Source: an uncultured delta proteobacterium
Lineage (GTDB): Bacteria > Desulfobacterota > WTBG01 > CAIYCZ01 > CAIRTM01
Length of the DNA stretch: 64,000 nt
Assembly: GCA_963804955.1 (NCBI GenBank)
Contig: CAWDSQ010000030.1
Span: 128,001 to 192,000, forward strand
Direction of reading: 5' to 3'
A program made the translations under genes and the position numbers. The notes beneath the pieces were generated by a model. That model ran no database searches and was not told where the DNA came from. It was given only the letters and a program-made list of their open reading frames with translations. How positions within the stretch are numbered: position 1 is the stretch's first letter; each line of letters begins with the position of its first letter. Positions 1-11,612 of the stretch are shown here, in pieces.

Positions 1-1144
1 CTTTTTCAATGATTCTTGCCGGAAAGTGTCAGGACAAATTCGGGCCAAGGATCACGGCTTTTCTGGGCGGGATTATGGTCGGCCTGGGGCTGCTGTGGAT
101 ATCGCAGTCATCGAGCTATATCAGCTGGGTGCTTGGTTTTGGCGTTCTTGCCGGCACCGGCATCGGTTTCGGTTATTCTTCTGCAACGCCGCCGGCGCTC
201 AAATGGTTCCCTTCGGCAAAAACAGGTCTGATCGCAGGGCTCGTTGTCGCAGGCTTTGGCCTGGCTCCTGTCTATATTGCACCCCTGTCTGAATATTTAA
301 TAAATGGATTTGGTATCAGCAAGGCGATGCTCGTCTATGCTGTTTCTTTTATTGTTATTGTGTGCGGACTTTCAACCTTTCTGGTGAATCCTCCGGCAGG
401 CTATGTTCCGGGCGGTGCTGCTGCACAGAAGAAGAAAGCCGCGGCTGCCAATGATGTGCCTCCTTCCAAAGTTATGAAAAGCCTTGATTTCTGGATGCTG
501 TGGGCAATTTATTTCATCGGCGCAGGCGCCGGATTGATGGTTATCGGCAGCGTCGCGGGCATGGCCAAGAAGAGCATGGGCTCAGCGGCTTTTGTTGCTG
601 TGGCGATTATGGCTATCGGCAATGCGGGCGGCCGCGTTCTGGCCGGCATGGCATCCGACAAGTTCGGCCGCAATGCCACGCTTGCCGGCGTTCTGATTTT
701 TCAGGCGCTCTTAATGATTGCTGCAATCCCCCTGGTCAGCTCACAGGAAACCAGCGCTCTGCTGATCGTGCTGCTTGCCACGTTTATCGGCTTTAATTAT
801 GGCGCAAACCTGTCCCTGTTCCCGTCCTTCGCCAAGGACCGCTGGGGCCTTAAATCCTTCGGCGTCAACTACGGCATATTGTTTACCGCCTGGGGCGTCG
901 GCGGCTTTGTCATGAGCCGGGTTCAGCAGACCCTGTACGCAACAACGGGCAGCTATACCTCGTCGCTGCTTATCGCAGCCACCATGCTCACCGCAGGTAT
1001 GGTGCTTGCGCTTATGCTGAAAGCGCCCGAAGACCGCAGCAGCTCCTCAGGTCTGCGCCCGAAGGCGCTGTGTTTCAGCCCGGCCTTGGATACACCATGG
1101 CTGACGGCGGTGAAAAGGTTAAAAAAGAAGAAGAGAAAAAGTAA
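1..1144 (+). CDS. OFA-family (oxalate/formate antiporter-like) MFS transporter, 5'-truncated by the window edge, frameshift near 1025-1060
   Basis: Multi-TM hydrophobic ORF with QDKFGPR, KWFP..GL..G.VVAGFG, GRVLAGMASDKFGR and NYGILFTAWG motifs. An alternative frame from about 1058 reads PEGAVFQPGLGYTMADGGEKVKKEEEKK* (TAA 1142-1144), the likely true C-terminus. Confidence 0.85.
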
Positions 1145-1187
1145 GGTTCGGAGCAGAGGTCACGGTAGCGAAATGCGGAGCGGCGGC

Positions 1188-1959
1188 ATGAAGAAAAAAA
1201 TCTGTCATATGATTCCTGAAGAGGAAAAACAGTGCGTCTGGATGACCAGCGGGCTCATCTCCTACAAGCTCTGCACCCGTGATTATCGCTGCGAAGAGTG
1301 TATTTTCGATCAGGTTATACGCAACGAGGCTGCAGTTGACGCCGTCGCCGGCCACGGCGACGGGCTGTCTGCTGCAGCCTCATTATTCAACTGCCGATTC
1401 CCTGCAGGAACATGCCGCTCTTTTCTATCACAGCGGCCACTGCTGGGCCAAGGTCGAGGATGCCGACCAGGTGCGCATCGGCATAGACGGCATCCTTGCC
1501 CAGATGGTCTCACCGGTCAGGACGGTGGTTCTTCCCCAGATTGGCGACGCCGTGGTGCAGGGTCAAAGCTTTGCCCATATTATTCAGGAAAAGCATATCG
1601 TTGAGCTGGTCTCTCCCCTGACCGGAACGATCCTGTCCGTCAACCAGGGCCTGAAAGCAGCACCTCATACCCTTGCCGCCGAGCCCTGGGGCAGGGGATG
1701 GCTCGTGACGATCAGGCCCGACAATCTGGAGCATGATTTGAAGGCGCTCATGTTCGGCAGAAAAGCCATGGAGTGGTATGAGAAAAAAGAGCATGAGTTT
1801 GCCACGGCGCGGGTTGGCATGCTCAGCCGGCATGAGCCGGAGCTCGGGCCCACTCTGCAGGACGGGGGGGAATTGCTCGCGAGCCTTGCCGATATGCTCA
1901 GCCCCGAGCAGTACGAGCGGATTATGGATGTTCTTTTCCGGCCTGAAGATGCTGCGTGA
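1188..1959 (+). CDS. GcvH-like (glycine cleavage H-fold) protein with Cys-rich N-terminal domain; frameshift near 1375
   Basis: GGAG then ATG at 1188: MKKKICH...CVWMTSGLISYKLCTRDYRCEECIFD, continuing in ORF 1279-1959 with FYHSGHCWAKVE..VRIGID, SPLTGTILSVN and EPWGRGWLV, typical of the H-protein fold. Confidence 0.8.
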
Positions 1960-2479
1960 CCCGCAGCTGCTCCCTGCAGCGGCCGCACATATCCACTGAT
2001 TTCTGATCAATATCCTCCACATATGTCGAATTGACCATAACGCAGCCCGGCTGCCTGCAGTGCAGCAGGCCGAAGGTATGCCCGAGCTCGTGAATCGACT
2101 CCTTCACCAGCCGCTCGGTCAGCACAGTCTGGTTTTCGGGCAGGCCGTAAAATTTGCTGTTCAGCCGGTGCAGGGAGACGGCCGCCGCAATGCCGTCGAG
2201 CTGCGCTTCGCCGAACACAAAGGTGAGAATCGGTATGAACAGATCGACATCGGCAACAGCCAGAACCCGGCTGGCGCCGGGCGGCGGAGCCGCGATGATT
2301 TGCAGCAGTATTTTTGAGGAGTTGTACTGCCGGCGGTTGGGGTCGAAGATGCCTGCAAGGTCAAAGGGCAAATCGACGCAGCGCGTGCGGCAGCCGAAGG
2401 CTGTGTGAATGCCCGCCTCAAGCGGTTTCAGCCAGAAGCGGGAGCCTGTCTGGATGGGAGCTATATAAATACAGGACAT
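1922..2479 (-). CDS. Archaemetzincin-family Zn metalloprotease
   Basis: HELGHTFGLLHC..PGCVM metzincin motif with Cys cluster; RRQYNS and DLF...LTFVFGEA motifs. Confidence 0.9.
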   Translation of the reverse strand: MSCIYIAPIQTGSRFWLKPLEAGIHTAFGCRTRCVDLPFDLAGIFDPNRRQYNSSKILLQIIAAPPPGASRVLAVADVDLFIPILTFVFGEAQLDGIAAAVSLHRLNSKFYGLPENQTVLTERLVKESIHELGHTFGLLHCRQPGCVMVNSTYVEDIDQKSVDMCGRCREQLRVTQHLQAGKEHP

Positions 2480-2501
2480 GCGCAGCAGGCCCGCCCACCG
2501 A

Positions 2502-3848
2502 TCATTTTTTCAGGTTGTATTTTTGTATCTTGTTGTACAGGGTCAGGCGGCTGATTTTTAAAATGCCTGCCGCCTGAGCAATATTGCCGCCGGTGCGGTC
2601 GAGTATTTTTTGTATATGGGTTTTTTCAATGTCCTCCATCGAGTCCTCATCGGTTGACCGCGCAGGCCCCAGTAAAAAAGGGAATGACAGGTCGGCCGGC
2701 TGAATCAGCGTGCCTTTGGCGCCGACCATGGCGCGCTCGATAACATTGCGCAGCTCGCGCACATTGCCCGGCCACTCATAGTGCGAGAGCATCTCCAGGG
2801 TTTCCGGGGTCAAATCCGTAACATTTTTATTCATGGACTCTGCGTATTTTTTGACAAAATACCGCGCCAGCAGGGGGATGTCGGCTTTTCTTTCGCGCAG
2901 CGGCGGCAGCACGATGGCAAAAACATTGAGCCGGTAATAGAGGTCCTCGCGGAAGGTGCCTTCGCGCACGGCGTTTTCCAGGTCTTTGTTGGTTGCGCAA
3001 ATGATGCGAAAATCCACATTCAGCAGCTTGTCGCCCCCGAGGCGCATGAACTGCCTTGTTTCTATGACGCGCAGCAGGTCCATCTGCATCTTCATGCCGA
3101 TATTGCCTATCTCATCAAGAAAAACGGTCCCCTTGTCAGCCATTTCCAGCTTGCCCCGGCGGCGGTACAGCGCGCCGGTAAAGGAGCCTTTCTCGTGGCC
3201 GAACAGCTCGCTCTCCAGCAGCCCTTCGGTGTAGGCGCCGCAGTTGATGGTGATGATGGGGAAATAGCGGCGGTTGCTGTTGCTGTGGATCGCCCGGGCG
3301 ATGAGCTCCTTGCCCGTTCCGCTGTCGCCCCGGATCATGACGGTGGAGTCTGTTTTGGCGACCGTTGCGACTTTATCCATGACCTTTTTCAGGGCCGGGC
3401 TGGAGCCCACTATTTCATCGTGGTAGGAGATTTCCTCGATCTGCCGCCGCAGCTGCATGTTTTCCGACAAAAGCCTGCGCTGCTCAACGGCATTCCTGAT
3501 CAGATGCCCCATTTCATCGGGGTCGACGGGCTTGACGATATAGTCGAAAGCGCCCTCCTTGAGCGCCTGAATGCTCGTCTCGACGGAGGCGAAGGCCGTA
3601 ATCATGATGGTGATGATGTTTTTGTCGATCTGCTTGATTCTTCGCTGCAGCTCCACGCCGTCGATGCCCGGCATTTTAATGTCCAGCAGCACGATGTCCC
3701 AGGCGCTGTCCTGGAGCTTCTGCAGAGCCGCGTTGGCGTCTTCGGCGGTATCGACCCGGTAGCCGTCGAACTTAAACCACTTGCTCAGCGCGTCGCGCAC
3801 GGACGTTTCATCATCAACAACCAGTATGCCAATATCTGAGGGATTCAT
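2502..3848 (-). CDS. Sigma54-dependent response regulator (NtrC/AtoC family)
   Basis: Receiver domain (LVVDDE, DIKMPG, KP), AAA+ domain (GDSGTGKE, ESELFGHEKGSFTGA, FREDLYYRL, WPGNVREL), C-terminal Fis HTH. Confidence 0.95.
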   Translation of the reverse strand: MNPSDIGILVVDDETSVRDALSKWFKFDGYRVDTAEDANAALQKLQDSAWDIVLLDIKMPGIDGVELQRRIKQIDKNIITIMITAFASVETSIQALKEGAFDYIVKPVDPDEMGHLIRNAVEQRRLLSENMQLRRQIEEISYHDEIVGSSPALKKVMDKVATVAKTDSTVMIRGDSGTGKELIARAIHSNSNRRYFPIITINCGAYTEGLLESELFGHEKGSFTGALYRRRGKLEMADKGTVFLDEIGNIGMKMQMDLLRVIETRQFMRLGGDKLLNVDFRIICATNKDLENAVREGTFREDLYYRLNVFAIVLPPLRERKADIPLLARYFVKKYAESMNKNVTDLTPETLEMLSHYEWPGNVRELRNVIERAMVGAKGTLIQPADLSFPFLLGPARSTDEDSMEDIEKTHIQKILDRTGGNIAQAAGILKISRLTLYNKIQKYNLKK

Positions 3849-3864
3849 GCGTTACAACTCCTGT

Positions 3865-5321
3865 CTAATGTTTTTCCATATACTGCTGGTTCTGGACCCG
3901 CGGCAGCTTGATCGTGAATTCAGTGCCCCTGCCCATGCTGGACTCGACGCTGATGGTTCCGCCGTGGCGCTGCACGATGCCGTAGACGGCAGAGAGGCCC
4001 AGCCCCAGGCTTTTGTTTGATTCCTTGGTGGAGAAAAAAGGATCGAATATATGGGGCAGAACATCCGCAGGGATGCCCGTGCCGAAATCGATGAGCTTGA
4101 TTTTTACGGCTGTTTTGTCCCGGTAATCGGTACGGATAATTATTTTGTTGTTCGGCGCGAGGCTTCGATGGCGTTGACGATCATGGACACAAGTATCTGC
4201 TGAATCGCTCCCGTATCGCACTGAATGAGATCGTCGCCCGTATCGAGCTCTGCAGCCAGCTCAAGGCTCTTCATTCTGGCGCTGTGGTCGATTACTTTTA
4301 TGCTCACGTCGATGATTTCATTGAGGTGCACCTCTTTGACCTCGCCCATGGTGCGCTTGGCGAACAGCAGCAGGTTTTTGACGATATCGCCGCACCGCTT
4401 GGCCTCATTGGCTATGAGCGTGAGGTTTTCCCGTGTTTCCGCAACCGTTTCGGGCTGCAGGGGCTCCTGCCCGAGGTATTTGGAGGAAAGCTTGGCATAG
4501 GAAAGAATGCCCGACAGGGGGTTGTTGATTTCATGGGCCACCATCGCCGACAGCCGTCCCGAGGGAGGCCATTTTTTCCGTCAGCGTCAGATTTTCCCTT
4601 GTTTTTTTGAGCTCTTCCTCGGCTGCGCGCTGCTGTTTGTGCGTTTTATAGCTGATGCTGATAATGCTGCTCAGCAGGAGCGATATGATCAGGAGAATGA
4701 CTACGGAGAATTTGATGATCTGGCTGGTTATCTCTGCAATTTCGGCTTTTATGTCTTCTATGTAGATGCCGGTGCCGATGATCCAGCCCCAGGGCATAGA
4801 ACCCTTTCACATAGGAAATTTTCGGCAGGATGAGATTCTGGTTATCATAGGATTGCCATTTGTACTGGATGAAGCCCGATCCCTGCGCCTTGACGACATT
4901 GACGAATTCGACGAAAACGCGTTTTCCGTCAGGGTCGGTGTAGTCTGAAAGATCTTTGCCGTTTAGGTCATTGCGGTAGGGATGAATGACCATGCGGGGG
5001 TGCATGTCATTGATCCAGAAATAGTCCTTGACTGCCTGGCCGTAATGGAGGTTTTTAATCTGGTCGATGGCCTGGCGCTGCGCTTCGGCGCGCGTGAGCA
5101 GGCCCTGGCGCTCGTCATTTTCAAGCTTCGCCAGAATATTCCATGCCGAGGTGGTGAGCTCCTGTATCATTTCCCGCTTGCGCTCCAGGCTGGTTTTTTC
5201 GATGGTCGGGATGATAAAGGCGAAAATAACGCGAAATAAACAGAATGAAGGCCAGTATCGTGGGAACGACAATGCGCCACAAAAACGACTTCCAGGGAAA
5301 TGAGATATGCGGAGATATCAT
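3865..5321 (-). CDS. Membrane sensor histidine kinase with single Cache domain (several frameshifts)
   Basis: Fragments: TM + YFWINDMHPRMVIHPY...DPDGKRVF (Cache), PWGWIIGTGIYIED + TM, EKMASLG..VAHEINNPL (H-box), DFGTGI / FDPFFSTK / GLGLS (HATPase). ATG at 5321. Confidence 0.88.
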
Positions 5322-5488
5322 AGCTGTGCACCACTCGCTTGATTTATTCAGCACATAGTCGGTATGTGCGCCGATTGCCGGCAGCCTGTGGGCCTTCACA
5401 TTTGAAATTAACTGTTTTAGTAACCCTTTTCTTAATGCCACTATATGAAAATCAGGGGCATACGTTAATTGAAAAAGGAAAATCCCAG

Positions 5489-5552
5489 CGTCATTCCGGC
5501 TTGTCCGGAATCCTTCCGCTGCGGTGGAAAAGATCCGGACAGCCGGAATGAC
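5489..5552. repeat. Palindromic intergenic element (GTCATTCCGG...CCGGAATGAC)
   Basis: gtcattccggcttgtccgga pairs with tccggacagccggaatgac. Confidence 0.7.
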
Positions 5553-5581
5553 AGTCTGATGTTACGTACGGGGATTGTATC

Positions 5582-6366
5582 TCATACAAAATCAAATGTG
5601 AAGGCCCTGTCAGACAGCTCCCGCGGTCCATCCGGCCGAATGATTTTTAATTTCGCCAGCAGCTTTTCTATAAACGGCGTTTTTTCCCACTCAAGCCTGT
5701 GCTTGATAATGGTCAGCTGGAAATCCGCGTCCAGAAGCCCGAAGCCTTTCCATGCACCCTCCAGGCCATAGTAGGCCGTATGGCTGTCGCTGCAGGAAAA
5801 CCATTTGTGATGATGGCCGAACAGCCACAGCTTCGGCTTGAAATGCGCAGCCAGCTCCTGGCTGCGGGGAAAACCGGTGGCGCCGAAATGGTCCAGGCCG
5901 GGCGTGCTGGGCACGCCGATACCGGTCGGGCAGTCATGGGTCAAAATAATATCGACCTGCTGCCCGGGCAAAGGCCAGGCAGGCATTAATCTGCTGATCG
6001 GTTATGATCGCCCCCTGTTCGGTCAGCATGGAGTCCATATAGGCAGCTCCCCCAAGGGCCAGAAAACGGTAGCCCTCTATGCAGTGAACTGTGCCGCGGG
6101 GCAGATAGGTGAAAAAGGCCTGATACTTTTTGGTCAGCTTCTCAAGAGCATTGAAATCCTCATGGTTGCCGTCGATACAATACAGGGGCCGCATAAAGCG
6201 CTGCCCTTTTTTTATGAAAAAGTCGTGCAAATGGGATTTGTAGAGGCCGAAGTCCCCCAGGTGAATGATGCAGGAGATCTTCATGGCCGAGCACGTTTTC
6301 GGCATAGGCAAGCTGCTGGTTGATGGTGCCGTAGTAGCAATGGGTATCGCAGGTTACCAGAATCAC
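5582..6366 (-). CDS. Calcineurin-like metallophosphoesterase (frameshifted)
   Basis: Motifs DTH, HLGDFG, DGNHED, THDCP, FGHHH across three consecutive fragments; the GTG start overlaps the TGA of the upstream gene (GTGA, 6363-6366). Confidence 0.85.
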
Positions 6367-9307
6367 TGGACACCTCCGATCTGGCCGGTGAAATCATAGC
6401 TCAGCTTTGCCTGGAAATTTTTTATCTGGGAGAAAATTTCCTTGAGCAGCTTTTGCTCGATAGAGGTCAGGTTTTTCGGGGTCACATAATTGTCGGGCTT
6501 TGCGTTTCCCGGCCGCTATTGCCGCAGCCTGAACCTGCAGCCGTATCTGCATGAGATAGCTGTATGCCTGCACCATTTCCTGGTAATTCAGCAGATGTCA
6601 GCACGCGCGCGCTCATGCAGCCCCAGCAGCCGCTCCAGCGTGTTGGTGGCGGGAACGCCGTGCTTGAGGGCGTAGATGCGGGCATAGTCGACAATGGGCA
6701 TCATGGCGCTTTTAATGTCAAAGGCCTTGCGGTGCTCGTCCACGGATTCGACGACAAATTTTCCGAACAGCCCGATCGGCGGGCTGAGCGGCAGAACATT
6801 GCGGGCCAGCAGCTGAAAAAATCTCGGGTTGTCGGCAACCATGGCAGCAAGAAAATCCCGCAGCTCTCCCGCGAGGCCGTCGTCTCCGAAGGCGCAGCGA
6901 AAGTCGAAAAATATTTTTGTTTTCAGGAGGTCTTCAGCCGAAGCCGCATGAATCCACTGGCTGAAATACCGCTTCCATACGGTAAGGGGCTGGCACCACT
7001 GGGGATTTTGCGCCATGTTGTTGCCCTCGCAGTAGTGGTACCCGGCCTGGTTCAGCCATCTGCAGACCATGGCGCCCAGTTTGAGGAAGTATGCCTGTAC
7101 AACCGATGACTCCAGGTCGGCGGCGGTGTCCTCAAAAATAATCGCATTGTCCTGGTCGGTCATGAGGGTCTGTTCCTGCCGGCCCTCGCTGCCGAATACC
7201 AGAAAAGCAAACCGCACCGGGGGCGGGCCCAGTTCCCGGATGGCAAATTCCAGGAGCTTTTGCAGAATCGTGTCGATCACGATGGTGGTCAGATGGTTTA
7301 TGCTTTGAGGCTTTGCGCCGCTCTTGATGAGGGTTGTTATGAGATAGGGGAGAACCTCATTATGCCTGATCACTTCGTCGGGTGATGTGTCATTGCGTAT
7401 CTCCCAGAGCAGCACCGCTGGCGAATACTTCTGAATGGCGGCTATATCCTTGCTGTTGATTAAGCCGATGATGGCGCCATGGGTATCGGTGACGAAAAGA
7501 TGGGCAATGCCCTTATTCTGCATAAGCCACCAGGACTCAAATACCGATGCATTGCCCGGCAGTGAAATAACGGGAGACGACATGATCTCGGCTACCGGGC
7601 GGTCCTCATGCTCGTGCAGGAGCATCACGGCCTTTCTCAGATCATGGTCGGTGATGACGCCGCAGTCCCTTCCCTCTGCATCGCGCACCAGCAGGACCTC
7701 GTTGTGCTGCTGCTCCATCATGCGCACCGCTTCCCCGATCGGCATGCCGGGATGGCATAGTGCCGGCTGGCGACAGGGCAGGCCGCCAAGGGGCTGATTA
7801 TAAAACAGCAGCACCGACTGCGTTTCGGAAAGGAGTTTTTCCCTTTCCTCCTCTCTCATATGCAGCTCAGTAATATCTTCCATGATGCCGTCACAGTATC
7901 GCGGCGACGCCGTCTTCGTCTTCGACCATGACGCCCCAGATGGAAGCGGTAAATACGGAGCCGTCTTTTTTCTTGAGCCTGACGATCTCCCTTTTCAGGT
8001 CTTCGGCAGATGCTTTCGGCTCAAGGGTTTTACGGTCGTCGGGGTTGCAGTACAGGCTTATGACCGGGGTGAGCGAGCAGCTCTTCCTTGCTTGCGTAGC
8101 CCAGCAGTTTCACCAGCGCTGGATTTGCTTCGATAAATTTCGGGTTCGGGCCGATGGTCCGTCGGAAAATACCCACGTTGAGATTGTTGGCAAGTGTTCT
8201 GAATTTTTCTTCGCTGCGGCCCAGGGCATCCTCTGCCTGCTTGCGTTTGGTAATATCGGTTACAACGGCCATGAAGCCGGTTTTGCCGCCGATTTCTATC
8301 GGGGATGTCGACAGAATAACATCTTTGGTTCCGCCTGATTTTGTTTTGAGCTGTGCTTCAAATGTTGCGGGAACCGATTTGCCGGCAAGCAGCTCATCCA
8401 GGAACCGGCTGCTCTGCTGGTCGTTTGATTCAGCCAGAACCGTGCGCACCGGCATGCCTGCGAAACTCGCTTTTATCGTATTCCAGCATGGCCGCTATTG
8501 TCTGATTGGCGTGCATGTAGGTTCCTTCAAGGGCCATGAGCATGCCTTCGCCTGCCGATTCGACAAGGGTGCGGTATTTTTCTTCGGAATCGCGCAGGGC
8601 CTGCTCCGCCAGCTGCTGCTGCTTGAGCGTGGCGTAGCTTTGCCTGATGATGCTCGCCAGCAGCAGCGAGATTATCAGCAGGATGAAAAAGGAAATTTCA
8701 AAAAGGTTGCGTGTTAGTTCGCTGATTTCAGCCTGGACGTCGTCGATGTAAATGCCGGTTCCGATGACCCAGCCCCAGGGCTGGAAACCTTTGACATAGG
8801 AGAGTTTCGGCAGAATGCGGTCCTCTTTATCCTTCCACTGCCACATGTACTGCATATAGCCGGCGCCCTGCCGCTTCACCAGGTCGACAAAATCCACAAA
8901 AACCCGCTTGCCTTCAGGGTCGGTGTAATCGGAAAGGTCCTTGCCATTGAGGTCGGTCCGGTACGGGTGGATAACCATGCGCGGGTGCATGTCGTTTATC
9001 CAGAAATAATCCTTCATCTCCTGGCCGTAGTGCAGGTTCTTAATCTGCTCGATGGCCTGGCGTTTGGGCCTGCGGCCGCGTGAGCAGGCCCTGCTGCTTC
9101 ATCATGCTCGAGCTTCGCGAGAATGTTCCAGGCCGAGTTGGTCAGCTCGCGGATCATTTCCCGCTTCCGGTCCATGCTGCTTTTTTCAATGGCGGGGATA
9201 ATAATGGAAAAGAAGGCGATGACAAACAGCGCTATGGTGACAGCCGTCGGGAAAACGAACCGTGCCGCAAATGACTTCCACTGGGTTGATATGTGCGGGG
9301 CAAACAT
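6363..9307 (-). CDS. Multidomain membrane protein: TM-Cache-TM, PAS repeats, CBS pair, GlnD-like nucleotidyltransferase (DUF294 / DUF294_C); frameshifted
   Basis: Consecutive fragments 9014-9307, 8430-9017 (Cache, SEEKYRTLVE), 8030-8455 (PAS, DITKRKQAE), 6588-7883 (CBS GVITDHDL/IMSSPV; FGSEGRQEQTLMTDQDNA; NPQWCQPL..W; IFFDFR; FDIK...MPIVD). C-terminus LKEIFSQIKNFQAKLSYDF ends at 6363. Confidence 0.8.
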
Positions 9308-9318
9308 CGCGTAAACCT

Positions 9319-9500
9319 CTAACCGGCTGTTGGAAAACGCCCATCTGCTGCGTTGCGCTCATCGTGCTTCACTGCGGCGTACAAAAAGTACGCCTCATTT
9401 CGCATGATTGCCTGCAAGCAGGTGTCACAGACAGCGCGCGCCTTGCATCTGAGCATTTTTGAACAGCCTTCTCCTGGTGACTTTTTCAACACCCTGCTAA
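9319..9500. mobile_element. MITE-like element, copy 1
   Basis: Termini taaccggctgttggaaaa / tttttcaacaccctgcta are imperfect inverted repeats; body is similar to 30551-30844. Confidence 0.7.
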
Positions 9501-9692
9501 TCCTCTGCTGAGCCCATACTGCTGCTGCCGTGTGCAAGACAGAATACACGGGGCACCGCATTCCTGTCAAGAAGCACAGGCAAACAATTCGTCCCCGGCT
9601 GACGCGGCCGGCTCGTTAAGAAAACGGGGGAGAACACCCCATTTGCTGTTCTCCCCCGTCACCGTATGCATCAGCGCAGCCTTCCTGTCCGT

Positions 9693-11597
9693 TCAGGCGG
9701 CGGCTTTTTTCTGCGAAAACAGCGATACGACAATAAGCGTTATATAGCCCAGGGGTATTGAAATGATGCCCGGGTTGTCAAGCGGTATCGGCGCTGAGGC
9801 TTTGGGCAGGCCGTACAGATCAACATAGGTGCTGGGCGACAGCAGAATGATCCCGAGCGCCGTGACCATGCCGACCACGATGGATGCCGCGATGCCCTTG
9901 GAGGTCGTCTTTTTCCAGAACAGCAGCATGGTGATGGCCGGCAGGTTTGCCGAGGCGGCAACCGCAAAGGCAAGGCCGACCAGAAATGAAACGTTCATGC
10001 CTTTGCATAAAATGCCCAGAATAATGGCGATGACGCCAACGACAACAGCGGCGATTTTGCCTGCCTTCACCTGCCCCTTGTCCGTCATCTCTATGCCAAG
10101 AAATCCAGTCATCAGATCATGGGCCACCGCGCCGGAGGCGGCAACGATGAGCCTGAAACCGTTCCCAGAACCGTTGCAAAAGCAATGGCGCAGATGCAGG
10201 AGAAGATGGTGATGCCGAAGTATTTCGCCAGCAGCGGCGCCGACATATTGCTGCTTTCCATGTCAAGAACACCCGTCATCATGGCGCCAAGGCCCATGAA
10301 CAGGGTCAGAACATAGAAAAAGCCGATTGAGCCGATGGCCACGATGGTTGACTTGCGGGCATCCTTGGGGCTCGAGACCGTGTAGTAGCGGATGAGAATA
10401 TGGGGCAGGGCCGAGGTGCCGAAGAACAGGGCGATCATGAGCGAAATGAAATTCAGGCGCGACATGAAGTCAGCTCCCTCGTCGACCTTGAACTTCAGGC
10501 CCGGCCGCATGATGTCTGGAGCCTGCCGTGGGGTTCTGCCGCCAGATGGTGACCTTGTCGCCGCCGTCCTTGACAACTGCTTTGGCAAAGCGGACCACTT
10601 CGGACCGCTCGATGGTGGCCAAAAATTCAAAGGGCCCGAGAGCGCCGGTTTTCTGGACCTCTTTGCCGTCGACGATGATTTTGCTGGCATGGCCGACCTG
10701 GTAGAACTTCCTGGCATCCTTGGGCTCGCCGTTATACAGGGTTTTGCCGTCGGCGGTTTTTGTCATGGAAAGGGCTTCCTTGAGTACCGGTCCGCCGTCT
10801 TTGGCGCTCACATGCCACCAGGTGGCAATGCCGTTCTGTGTGAGTTTTGCAAAGAGGGCTTTGCCGTCCTTGAAGGTGCCGGCGACGGTATATGCCGGGT
10901 CTGCAACCGCGGTAACGGCGTCATTTGCCACAGTGGCGTTTATGGTTTTAAACTTGTGATAGTTTGCATCCGGGGGGGTGTTAATGCCGTTGACGAAAAT
11001 ACTGATGGTGAGAATGGTTGAAAAAACAATCAGCAGGCCGCCCTTGATGAACTGCACATAGGTGGTTGATGTCATGCCCGCGGTTGCAACTATAAAGATA
11101 ACGATGGCGCCGACAAGGATAACCCCCATGTAGTGGGGAAGCCCCAGCAGCGGGGTTACCAGGTCGCCTGCGCCGACCATCTGGGGAATCAGGTAGCATA
11201 CGGAAACAACCAGCGTGCTGATGGCTGCCGTGAGCATGATTCCCCTGGACCCGAACTTGTAGTTGAGCGCATCGGTGAAGGTGTATTTGCCGAAGCGCTT
11301 AAGCGGTTCGGCCACAACAAACAGGGCAACGACCCAGCCGGCAAGGTAGCCGATTGAATACAGAAAGCCGTCATAGCCGTCAAAGGCGATCATGCCGCAG
11401 ATGCCGAGAAATGACGCGGCTGAAAGATAGTCGCCGGCAAAGGCTATGCCGTTAACGCCCCAGTGAATATTGCCGCCGGCGGCATAATAGCCCTTGGAGG
11501 ACTGTGTTTTTTTTGCAAAGTATGAAGAAAGCCCGAGCACGCCGAGTACAAAAGCTATAAATATGCCAATTGCAAATGGTGATGCTGCATAAATCAT
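9693..11597 (-). CDS. actP: Cation/acetate symporter ActP (SSS family), frameshifted, with a large soluble loop
   Basis: NGIAFAGDYLSAASFLG, TTYVQFIKG, GTSALPHILIRYYTV, AIAFATVLGTVSG and LAFAVAASANLP motifs. Confidence 0.9.
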
Positions 11598-11612
11598 TGT
11601 TCGTCTCCCCTT

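Noticed and set aside
9..1604. 531-aa MFS/Cys-rich fusion shown in the ORF track
   Set aside because: Artefact of a frameshift bypassing the TAA at 1142-1144; the second gene has its own RBS and ATG at 1188.
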